From Burkholderiales bacterium (GTDB lineage Bacteria > Pseudomonadota > Gammaproteobacteria > Burkholderiales > Burkholderiaceae_C): DNA of 36,902 bases. Below the pieces are notes generated by a model. That model saw nothing but the letters and a program-made list of their open reading frames with translations, did not search any database and had not been told where the DNA came from. The DNA is taken from NCBI GenBank assembly GCA_947448105.1, contig CANFNE010000001.1:1-36902 (forward strand), written 5' to 3'. Shown here piece by piece: positions 1 through 7,991 of this stretch. Position 1 is the stretch's first letter. The number at the start of each line of letters is the position of its first letter. Both the position numbers and the translations under genes were made by a program.

Positions 1-3000
1 CACCAGATCTACCTCCGGCTCAGTCTCAGCTTCTGGTTCAATTTCTGGGTCAGGCTCTGGCTCGATTTCAGGTGCCGCCTCAGGCTCGGGATTTACTTCC
101 GACTCGGGCTTAGCCTCAAGTTCTGGCTCGGGTTCGACCTCGGGCTCTGGCTTAAGCTCAGGCTCGATTTCACGTTCTGCCTCAGGCTCAGGATTTACTT
201 CCGCCTCAAGTTCCGGTTCCGGCTCGACCCCGGGCTCCAGCTCATCCGCTGGCTCGAGCTCGGGCTCAGGTTCGAGATCTACTTCCAGCTCAGGCTCAGG
301 CCCGGCTTCTGGCTCCAACTCAGGTTCAGGCTCAGTTTCTGGTTGGGGATCAATTTCAGGGTCAGCCTCTGACTCCGGATCTGCTTCCGGCATAGGCTCT
401 ACCTCTACCTCTACCTCTACCTCTGGCTCTGGCTCTGGCTCTGGCTCTGGCTCGGGTTCGGTATCTCTTTCCGGTGCAGGTTGGGGTTCTTCATGGTGGG
501 TTCTATCGCCATCGCCATCCTCATCCCCTTCATGGTCGCCGCGTTCATCCCCATCCTCATCCTCATCCTCATCCTCATCATCATCATCGTGCTCATGCCC
601 ATGCTCGTCAGCTTCATGCTCATCCGCGCCCTCACCTTTGGCGGAATTGCCGCCCAAGCCCAGCAACTTGGCTTGACCAGCGCTTAGCGCTTTCTGCCCC
701 AGCGGGGTAATTGCTGCAATCTGTGACGCGTTCAAACTGCTGAGTGCCCGATCAGTCATGTTCGCCACCTGGGCGCCTAGGGCCGCCACTTGGCTTACCG
801 ATAAAGCATCGACTTGTAGTGCAGACAAAGCCCCCACTGCGGACTTTGACAGGCCGGCTATGTCGTTCCCGATGAACCCAACCTGCGCTGGACTCAATGC
901 GCCGATTTGATCGCTTGTCAGCCCGCCTACTTGCGTGACGGAAAGCGCCACGAGAGCGGATTGGGAAAGCCCAGACACATCGCTTCCAAGGCAAGCCACT
1001 TGGGATGCGCTCAAGGCGCTCGCCTGTTCGCTCGTCAGGCCGCCTATCTGCGAGGCCGTTAAAGCACCGATCGCCGACGATGACAATCCCGCGATATCCG
1101 TCCCCAAGGCACCCAATTGGGCTGCGCTCAAGGTGCCAATTTGGCCGGAACCCAGGCCACCGATTTGCGCCGCGGTTAACGACGCCAATTGCGCGTTCGA
1201 CAGCGTTGAGATGGCGGCACCCGCAATCTGTGACGCGTTCAAACTGGCCAAGGCTTGCGCGCTCAACGCCGCAAGGCCCGCGCCCATTGCCGTGACCTGA
1301 CTGGCGGACAAGCCGTCAACTTGCGTTGCGCTGAATGCGCTAAGGGCGGATTGGGGCAAGCCGGAGATGTCACTTCCCAGGTAGCCTATTTGCGCGGCGC
1401 TGAGTGTGGCGATTTGGCCAGCGGTCACGGCGCCGAGCTGCGCGGCGGTCAAGGCGCCCAGTTGCTGACTTCCCATTGAAGAAAGAGAGGCCGCTGCGAC
1501 CTGCAGGGAGTCCAAGCTGGCCAAGGCCAGCGTACTCAACTCCGCAACACCATCGCCCAAAGCCGCAATTTGATTGACCGACATCGCATCCACCTGCAAC
1601 GCAGTCAATGCGCCAATCGCTGACTGCGACAGTCCAGAAACATCGGTGCCAAGGTAGCCTATTTGGGCTGCAGTCAAGGTGCCAATCTGGTTGGAATTCA
1701 CACCACCCAATTGCAGCGCAGTTAACGACGCCAGTTGCGCGCTCGACAGCGTTGAGATGGAGGCGCCTGCAATCTGTGTGGCGCTCAAGCTTGCCAAGGC
1801 TTGCGCGTTGAAGCTCGCGACCCCCGCGCCCAAGGCGGTCAGCTGGCTGGCTGACAGGCCGTCCACTTGAAGCGCAGTCAAGGCGCCCAGTGCGAAAGGG
1901 GACAGGGCGGAAATGTCGGAGCCCAGGTATCCGACCTGCGACGATGTCAAAGTACTGATCTGACTAGACGTCACCGCTGCGAGTTGCGCAACCGTCAACG
2001 CACCGAGTTGCTGGCTGTTAAGCGCTGAGAGCGAAGCCGCAGCGATCTGCAAAGCATCCAAACTGGCCAAGGCCGGCGTCGCCATCGCGGCCACGCCCGG
2101 TCCCAAAGCGGCGATCTGTGCGACCGACATCGCATCCACTTGTAATGCGGTCAATGCGCCAATGGCTGACTGCGACAGTCCAGAAATATCGGTGCCAAGG
2201 TAGCCTATTTGGGCTGCACTCAGTGCACCCATCTGGTTGGATGTCAGTGCGCCGATTTGCGTAGCGTTCAAGGCCTGAAACGCCGCCTGCGATAACCCCG
2301 AAATATCTGTTCCAAGGCAGCCCACTTGTGCAGCGCTCAGCGCGCTGACCTGCTCCGTGCCCAAGCCACCCAACTGCGTCGAGGTCAATGCACCCAGTGC
2401 TGCCGCAGAAAGCCCAGAAATATCCGTGCCCAGGTAGCCGAGCTGCGATGCGTTCAAAGCGCCGATCTGGCTGGAAGATATCCCGCCAACTTGCGTGGAC
2501 GTCAATGCACCCAGGGCTGACTCGGACAGGCCGGCGATATCCGTGCCCAGATAACCGACCTGCGCCGCATTCAAGGTTCCAATCTGGCTCGAAGTAACTC
2601 CACCCAGTTGCACTGCAGTCAAAGCGCTGAGCTGCGCGCTCGCCAAGGACGAAAGCGAAGCGCCCGCAATCTGCACAGCATCCAGACTGGCCAGGGCGGG
2701 CGAACTCAGGTCGGCAATATGTACGCCTAAGGCGTTGACTTGCCCAGCCGACAGCGTATCAACCTGAAGGGCAGTAACCGCGGCAAGCTGCGTTGAAGTC
2801 AAGGCGCCAAGCTGCTGGTCCGTCAGGTAAGAGAAATGGACGACTGCGCTGAGCGCCGCTGCAGATACGCCAGAGATATCGGTGCCAATGGAATGCAGCT
2901 GCGACTCGGACAAGGTGTTGAGCTGGGCGCCAGACACATCGTGCAGCTGAAGGGCACTGAAGGTGGCCAACTGGTCACCAGTGAGTTTGCCAAATTCAGC

Positions 3001-3195
3001 CAGGGGAATCGCCGACACCTGGGCCTGGGATAAGGCATCCACATGAAGCAGCCAGCTTGCGTCGTAGGCGGCTTCTTCCTGATGTCCCGGGCTCGGTTGA
3101 CTATCGCCCCTTTTGGCACCGCCCACGATGCCTTCCAAGTCGTCTAGCGATAGTTCACGGAAACTGCCAGCGGGTGGATCTTGTGGGCGAGGCAC
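1..3195 (-). CDS. Giant repetitive protein (partial, >=1065 aa, runs off the left edge): double-glycine leader, LTxxQ octad repeats, acidic Asp/Glu/His and Pro-Glu regions
   Basis: Manual translation of the minus frame (codons aligned to 1-3, 4-6...) shows no stop between 3258 and 1; the upstream in-frame TGA is at 3259-3261. GTG at 3195 has AGGA 7 nt upstream. N-terminus [33 protein letters not shown]; repeats such as [39 protein letters not shown]; later [14 protein letters not shown] and [19 protein letters not shown]. Probably absent from the ORF track because its stop lies outside the window. Confidence 0.9.
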   Translation of the reverse strand, partial: MPRPQDPPAGSFRELSLDDLEGIVGGAKRGDSQPSPGHQEEAAYDASWLLHVDALSQAQVSAIPLAEFGKLTGDQLATFSALQLHDVSGAQLNTLSESQLHSIGTDISGVSAAALSAVVHFSYLTDQQLGALTSTQLAAVTALQVDTLSAGQVNALGVHIADLSSPALASLDAVQIAGASLSSLASAQLSALTAVQLGGVTSSQIGTLNAAQVGYLGTDIAGLSESALGALTSTQVGGISSSQIGALNASQLGYLGTDISGLSAAALGALTSTQLGGLGTEQVSALSAAQVGCLGTDISGLSQAAFQALNATQIGALTSNQMGALSAAQIGYLGTDISGLSQSAIGALTALQVDAMSVAQIAALGPGVAAMATPALASLDALQIAAASLSALNSQQLGALTVAQLAAVTSSQISTLTSSQVGYLGSDISALSPFALGALTALQVDGLSASQLTALGAGVASFNAQALASLSATQIAGASISTLSSAQLASLTALQLGGVNSNQIGTLTAAQIGYLGTDVSGLSQSAIGALTALQVDAMSVNQIAALGDGVAELSTLALASLDSLQVAAASLSSMGSQQLGALTAAQLGAVTAGQIATLSAAQIGYLGSDISGLPQSALSAFSATQVDGLSASQVTAMGAGLAALSAQALASLNASQIAGAAISTLSNAQLASLTAAQIGGLGSGQIGTLSAAQLGALGTDIAGLSSSAIGALTASQIGGLTSEQASALSASQVACLGSDVSGLSQSALVALSVTQVGGLTSDQIGALSPAQVGFIGNDIAGLSKSAVGALSALQVDALSVSQVAALGAQVANMTDRALSSLNASQIAAITPLGQKALSAGQAKLLGLGGNSAKGEGADEHEADEHGHEHDDDDEDEDEDEDGDERGDHEGDEDGDGDRTHHEEPQPAPERDTEPEPEPEPEPEPEVEVEVEVEPMPEADPESEADPEIDPQPETEPEPELEPEAGPEPELEVDLEPEPELEPADELEPGVEPEPELEAEVNPEPEAEREIEPELKPEPEVEPEPELEAKPESEVNPEPEAAPEIEPEPDPEIEPEAETEPEVDLV
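397..450. repeat. In-frame hexamer microsatellites (CTCTAC)4 + (CTCTGG)5 encoding VE and PE dipeptide runs
   Basis: Read directly at 397-420 and 421-450. Confidence 0.95.
553..588. repeat. (ATCCTC)4(ATC)4 encoding [12 protein letters not shown] on the minus strand
   Basis: Read directly. Confidence 0.95.
1100..2225. repeat. Degenerate 546-bp (182-codon) tandem duplication inside the giant gene; boundaries approximate
   Basis: Matching blocks at a constant offset of 546: CAGCGTTGAGATGG at 1201/1747; CTGCA...TCCAA.CTGGCCAAGGC at 1501/2047; GACCGACATCGCATCCAC...CGGTGCCAAGGTAGCCTATTTGGGCTGCA from 1576/2122. Confidence 0.85.
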
Positions 3196-3402
3196 GGCAC
3201 TGTCCTGGCTACAGACGAATAAACAAGCAGCGGTGTGGGCGTGCAGGAGGTAGCATATTCAAGATATATTGATTATGATAAATTTTATTGCAAAATACAC
3301 CATAAACGCAAAATTCGATCAAACTTTGGGCGGAAACTCTATTTTTTAGCTTTGATTCACAGAATGGCCCAGCACGCCTGAGCCCTGCATGCCCGCCCCT
3401 GC

Positions 3403-4404
3403 TTACTCAAGCTTGACCCACGAATTGTCATTAATACCGGCTACCGTTAGCAACAGCACGCTTGATAACACAGGAGCGTATACGGGGTCTTCCTGTTTAT
3501 TATTTACCATATTGGGATAGGTATTAAATTCAAGAACACGGACACAGTCGTCCGTACAGGGAAGACCATCGGCTCCAATCAGTATGAATCGAAACAAGGA
3601 AGACTGCTGCCTTGCTTTTTCAAAGACTGGCGAAATCGCCTTGGTGGCCTCAATAATTTTATTGAAAAAATAGCCGTATTGGGGTAAATCAGACAAAGGG
3701 TATGAGTCCTTCACCACGTCCGGTCCGTTGTGCTGAACCTGTACCTTGTAGTCAATTGAATCGGCATCGTACTTAGGACCATGCACAATCGCCACACCCT
3801 TGCGTTGAATGTAAATACATTTATTGTATATAAGAATATAGTATCTTAATACCATTTTCCTTTCATCAAAAAGCATTAGGTTGGATACAGCCTCTTGAAT
3901 AATATAATTTTTTGGAAGTTCAAATTCTGGCAGTTGCTTGCTGCGTATGCAACTGACCCCTTCGCCCCGGGTTCCAACACTGTTTTTGACAAATAAAACC
4001 CTGTCGCTTTCCCCGTAGGCCAGCGCCTCTTCCGTGGAAAAATGGGTAACAGGAATATGGCTCTTAATATTTTTCTCTTGAAAAGACTGCGCCAATTTCA
4101 GCTTATTTCCCAAATAGTTGGTGTGTTTTCGCTCAAGAATATTTATCGATACCGGCGTAAAGTGCTCGGGCTCGTCTTCCATAGCCTGCCCTGCTCCGGC
4201 ATAGGTGTCAAACCAAGAAAAAGTGGTTTTTCTGATCTGTTCTTGGCAAACATACTGAATCGCCGGACTCTGGGTGTCGATAAATTGCTCCGCAATATGA
4301 ATGGCGCGCTCTACTATGTTGGCCACCCGGTTAGAGTGAACTTTCCAGCCTCGCTGGTGAACATAGACATACTTGTATTTTCGATTCGCAACCACCGCAT
4401 TCAT
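3403..4404 (-). CDS. Tubulin-tyrosine ligase (TTL/TTLL)-like ATP-grasp amide ligase, 333 aa
   Basis: Motifs occur in TTL order: LFVKNSVGTRGEGV (TTL WIAKSSAGAKGEGI), YIIQEAVSNLMLFDERKMVLRYYILI (TTL VIQKY..PLL...RKFDIR.WVLV), FILIGAD...VRVLEFNTYP (TTL FQLFGFD...WLIEVN..P). TTL motifs are recalled, not aligned computationally. ATG at 4404 has AGGAG 8 nt upstream. The gene is AT-rich. Confidence 0.75.
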   Translation of the reverse strand: MNAVVANRKYKYVYVHQRGWKVHSNRVANIVERAIHIAEQFIDTQSPAIQYVCQEQIRKTTFSWFDTYAGAGQAMEDEPEHFTPVSINILERKHTNYLGNKLKLAQSFQEKNIKSHIPVTHFSTEEALAYGESDRVLFVKNSVGTRGEGVSCIRSKQLPEFELPKNYIIQEAVSNLMLFDERKMVLRYYILIYNKCIYIQRKGVAIVHGPKYDADSIDYKVQVQHNGPDVVKDSYPLSDLPQYGYFFNKIIEATKAISPVFEKARQQSSLFRFILIGADGLPCTDDCVRVLEFNTYPNMVNNKQEDPVYAPVLSSVLLLTVAGINDNSWVKLE

Positions 4405-4583
4405 TGAAAATTCTCCTAGGCGCATATTGATGCCTGTTCACTAGCGCTACACGCCCGCCACCGGGTGGGGCAGGTGTCGTCGCGCTGATTTCACCATGAA
4501 TTTGTCGAAGCTGTAGTTTTAAGTGACTAACACACTTGTAGGCCTGTAAAATCAAAATATTATCAAGATCGAAGGCTGCCACC

Positions 4584-5717
4584 ATGACGCTTAACCATCG
4601 GTACATCGCCTGCTTGCGGCACCTGCTGCCCCTCCTGCTCTGCGCCGCTGCGCTGTGTTCTGGACAAGCCGCCTGGGCCATCGCCGGCACTGTCCAAGTG
4701 CTGATTGGCACTGCACGCATCACACAGAACACCGGCCAAGACCGCCCCGCGCTGCGCGGTGACAACCTGTATGAAGGCGACACGGTGAGTACCCCCGCAA
4801 ACTCCAATGTTCAGATTCGCATGATTGACGACGCCATCATCTGGGTACGGCCAGACTCGCGCTTCAAAATCGAGCGATACCAGTCGAACCAACACGGCGC
4901 GGCCAAAAACGAGGCGGCGTTGCGCCTGATCAGCGGCACCATGCGCCAGGTCACCGGTGCCATTGGCAAGGCTGCGCCCGCAGACTACAAACTCAGCACG
5001 CCCAATGCCACCATTGGGATTCGCGGCACCGAGTTCGACGCCTCTTACCTTTCGCCCCAAGCCGCCGCGCAGGCCAACACCGCGCCTGGCACGTACAACC
5101 GGGTTTATGTCGGCAGCACCGTGCTTGAAGGCCCGGCAGGCCAGGTCACCTTAAACAAAGATGAGGCCGGCTTCATGGGCCTGGCCAGTAGCGACAAACC
5201 ACAAGTGCTGCCACGCATTCCTGCCTTCATGACGGCCGCCGCAGCCGCGCCGCGCGCTGACGCCAGCCCGCAAAAGCCCAAGTCGCTGCTCATTTCTGTG
5301 CGCTACGGCGAGGGTGATGCCGATGGATCAACGTCCATCAGCAGCCGCGACAGCAACACCGAGCAACGGGTGCAGGCCGTCGAAGGTGAGCCCGCATCCA
5401 TCGCCATGGCCGACGGGCCGGGAGCTCGGGCAGGTCAAACGGGGGCACGCCCAGTCAACCAAAGCGTGCTGGAGTTGCTGGTCAAGGTAAACGGCAACAA
5501 CGCCTTGGTGCAGTTTTTCTCCCAAACGAAAAGTGGGAGTTCGTCCGCCAACCAGGCCAACCGGGTAGCCACCAGCCTGAACATTCCCCTGGGCGTGTGG
5601 ACCGAGGTCAGTGGGCGCGGCCCGTGGAGCGTCCCGTCGAACAGCACCATCAGTTCGAGCAGCGCACGCGGCGACAGCAACCGCGTATCCATCAAGATAG
5701 AAGAGATCAGCCGCTAG
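4584..5717 (+). CDS. Exported FecR-domain protein with an additional C-terminal beta-rich domain
   Basis: Signal peptide (LLPLLLCAAALCSGQAAWA), LYEGDTVST, and TPNATIGIRGTEF, typical of FecR-domain proteins found next to CHASE2 cyclases. Confidence 0.85.
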   Translation: MTLNHRYIACLRHLLPLLLCAAALCSGQAAWAIAGTVQVLIGTARITQNTGQDRPALRGDNLYEGDTVSTPANSNVQIRMIDDAIIWVRPDSRFKIERYQSNQHGAAKNEAALRLISGTMRQVTGAIGKAAPADYKLSTPNATIGIRGTEFDASYLSPQAAAQANTAPGTYNRVYVGSTVLEGPAGQVTLNKDEAGFMGLASSDKPQVLPRIPAFMTAAAAAPRADASPQKPKSLLISVRYGEGDADGSTSISSRDSNTEQRVQAVEGEPASIAMADGPGARAGQTGARPVNQSVLELLVKVNGNNALVQFFSQTKSGSSSANQANRVATSLNIPLGVWTEVSGRGPWSVPSNSTISSSSARGDSNRVSIKIEEISR

Positions 5718-5727
5718 GCCAGCCGCG

Positions 5728-7947
5728 ATGCGCAAACACAGCCTGCGGGTGCTGGTCGGGATGGTGCTGGTGGCGCTGTTTGCCGGCCATGTTGCGGCCC
5801 TTTGGCGCCTGCCCTTGTTACCCCGCATTGAGGCCTTGCTGTACGACGCGCGGGTGCGCGCTGTGGCGCCCCGCACGCATGATGACCGCATCGTGGTGGT
5901 CGACATTGACGAAAAGAGCCTGCGTGAAAAAGACCAGGGCGGCGAGGGCCGCTGGCCCTGGCGGCGCGACCGCCTTGCGCAATTGGTGGGCGACTTGTTC
6001 CAAAAATACGGCGTGTCTTTGGTGGCACTGGACATGGTGCTATCTGAAAAGGACGCATCCTCTGGCCTGGAGGTGCTCGAAAAACTGGCGCAGCACGAAC
6101 TCAAGGACGTTCCCGGCTTTGCCGCGCAGCTTGCGCACCTGCGGCCTCAACTGGCATTCGACCATGTATTCGCACAGGCTATGCAAACCGGCCCAGTGGT
6201 GCTGGGTTACGCCTTTCACAACGACACACCTGCCAGCGCCACCGCCCTGCCCCCGGGGCTGGACGCCGCCGACTGGGGTCTAAAGCAGGTGCAGGCACAG
6301 TCCTACCCCGGCTACTCGGGCTTGCTACCCGAGCTTGCTACGCATGCGGCAGCGGCGGGCCACCTGAACCCCTTGCGGGACGCCGATGGCGTGACCCGGC
6401 GCGTGCCCCTGCTGATTGAGCACCAAGGGCGCTATTACCCGGCGCTTTCGGTGGCGGTGGTACAAGCCTTGACGGGAGTACCCACGGTCGGCGCCATGGT
6501 TTCCGACTATGGCCAAGCCACAGGGCGGATTGAAGCCATCGACGTCGGGGGCATCAACGTGCCGGTAGACAAGGCGCTTAATGCGCTGGTGCCGTTTCGG
6601 GGTGGCGCCCACAGCTTTACCTACGTCTCTGCGGTGGACGTGCTGCAAGGACGGGTGCCTGCAGCGCAGTTGAAAGACCGCATGGTGCTCATCGGCACCT
6701 CGGCCGCCGGTCTTTCCGATTTGGTCACCACGCCCACGGGGGTGAGTTTTCCTGGCGTAGAGGTGCACGCCAATCTGATTACCGCCATGCTCGACGGACG
6801 CGTAGTGCACGAGCCCGCCTACGCCCAAGGTGCGGAGATGCTCGGGGTATTGGTATTCGGTTTGCTGATGGTGGCCGCGGGCGTCTACCTGCGGCCGGCC
6901 CACGTAATCGCCGTCATGGTGACGGCGCTGGCTGCGTCGCTTGCGCTGAACCTGGGCCTCTTGATGGGACAGCAACTCATGCTCCCGATGGCCGCGCCCT
7001 TGTCCTGCTTGCTCGTGGTGTTTGGGTTTCAGATGGCCTATGGGTTTTTCATTGAAGCGCGCGGCAAGCGGCAGATTTCGGAGCTGTTTGCCAACTACGT
7101 TCCGCCTGAGCTGGTGCAAATCATGGCCCAAGACCCGGAGGCTTTCACCATGGCGCCGGTGGAACGCGAACTGACGGTGCTGTTCGCCGACGTGCGGGAT
7201 TTCACCTCGATCTCTGAGCATTTGAGCCCCGAGGCGCTGTCTGAACTGATCAACGCCTACCTCACCGCGATGAGCGAGGTGATACGCGACGGCCACCAGG
7301 GCACGCTGGACAAATACATCGGCGACGCCGTCATGGCTTTTTGGGGTGCGCCGGTGCCCAACGCGCGTCATGCCCAGGACGCGGTGCGCGCCGCCCTGGC
7401 CATGCAGCGCGCTGCACAGACCTTAAACCAGGAGTTCCTGCGCAAGGGATGGCCGCAACTGAGCATCGGTGTAGGCCTGAACACCGGGCCTATGCGGGTA
7501 GGCGACATGGGCTCCAAAATCCGCCGCGCCTACACCGTCATGGGCGACTCGGTCAACCTGGGCGCCCGTCTGGAAGGCCTGACCAAGGTCTATGGCGTGG
7601 ACATCCTGATCGGCGAAAACACGCGCGCCCTGCTTCCGGCTTGGACCTGCCGCGAAGTGGACCGGGTACGCGTCAAAGGCAAAGACCGATCCGTCGCCAT
7701 TTTCGAGCCCTTGGGTTTGTCGTCTGAACTTTCGCCCGCGCTTCTGGACGAAATGGCCCAATGGGATGCGGCGCTGGCCGCCTACCGCCAGTGCGACTGG
7801 CCGCAAGCAGCGCAGCGGCTTGACACACTGCGCAGCGCCCATCCCACGCGTGGTCTGTACACGCTGTTTGCGCACCGCGTGGCGCAGTACCAACACACGC
7901 CGCCTGCTGATGGCTGGGACGGGGCTACCAAATTCGACGTGAAGTAA
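5728..7947 (+). CDS. CHASE2-domain class III adenylate/guanylate cyclase
   Basis: CHASE2 motifs IVVVDIDEKSL, GRWPWRR, DADGVTRR, PGVEVHAN; three TM helices; cyclase motifs VLFADVRDFT, LDKYIGDAVMAFWGAP, YTVMGDSVNLGARLEG. Lys and Thr at the specificity positions favour ATP. Confidence 0.93.
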   Translation: MRKHSLRVLVGMVLVALFAGHVAALWRLPLLPRIEALLYDARVRAVAPRTHDDRIVVVDIDEKSLREKDQGGEGRWPWRRDRLAQLVGDLFQKYGVSLVALDMVLSEKDASSGLEVLEKLAQHELKDVPGFAAQLAHLRPQLAFDHVFAQAMQTGPVVLGYAFHNDTPASATALPPGLDAADWGLKQVQAQSYPGYSGLLPELATHAAAAGHLNPLRDADGVTRRVPLLIEHQGRYYPALSVAVVQALTGVPTVGAMVSDYGQATGRIEAIDVGGINVPVDKALNALVPFRGGAHSFTYVSAVDVLQGRVPAAQLKDRMVLIGTSAAGLSDLVTTPTGVSFPGVEVHANLITAMLDGRVVHEPAYAQGAEMLGVLVFGLLMVAAGVYLRPAHVIAVMVTALAASLALNLGLLMGQQLMLPMAAPLSCLLVVFGFQMAYGFFIEARGKRQISELFANYVPPELVQIMAQDPEAFTMAPVERELTVLFADVRDFTSISEHLSPEALSELINAYLTAMSEVIRDGHQGTLDKYIGDAVMAFWGAPVPNARHAQDAVRAALAMQRAAQTLNQEFLRKGWPQLSIGVGLNTGPMRVGDMGSKIRRAYTVMGDSVNLGARLEGLTKVYGVDILIGENTRALLPAWTCREVDRVRVKGKDRSVAIFEPLGLSSELSPALLDEMAQWDAALAAYRQCDWPQAAQRLDTLRSAHPTRGLYTLFAHRVAQYQHTPPADGWDGATKFDVK

Positions 7948-7991
7948 GGCGCCCCAGCGCCCGCGGCGCCCGCGGCGCTGGAGCCTGCAGG

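Noticed and set aside
417-710. Short ORFs rich in Ile/Leu (481-687 +), His-Pro (474-710 +) or Met-Arg (417-635 -)
   Set aside because: Alternative-frame or antisense readings of the Asp/Glu microsatellite tract of the giant minus-strand gene.
2360-2380. Suspected frameshift in the giant gene
   Set aside because: On re-reading, the frame is intact ([10 protein letters not shown]); no in-frame stop exists between 1 and 3258.
660-3045. Ice-nucleation protein, RTX toxin or CRISPR interpretation of the repeats
   Set aside because: No AGYGSTxT or GGxGxD motifs; repeats are degenerate and codon-phased, without unique spacers.
752-3272. Numerous small track ORFs over the repeat region
   Set aside because: Shadows of the uninterrupted minus-strand frame, which has coherent repeat structure.
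4521-4537. AAGTG-ACTAACA-CACTT as a CRP site near the cyclase
   Set aside because: Spacing and sequence do not fit TGTGA-N6-TCACA; 5-bp arms are expected by chance.
7950-7980. GC-rich GCCCGCGGC duplication/hairpin between the cyclase and ntrC
   Set aside because: No U tract and not seen elsewhere in the window; cannot be called a terminator or REP.
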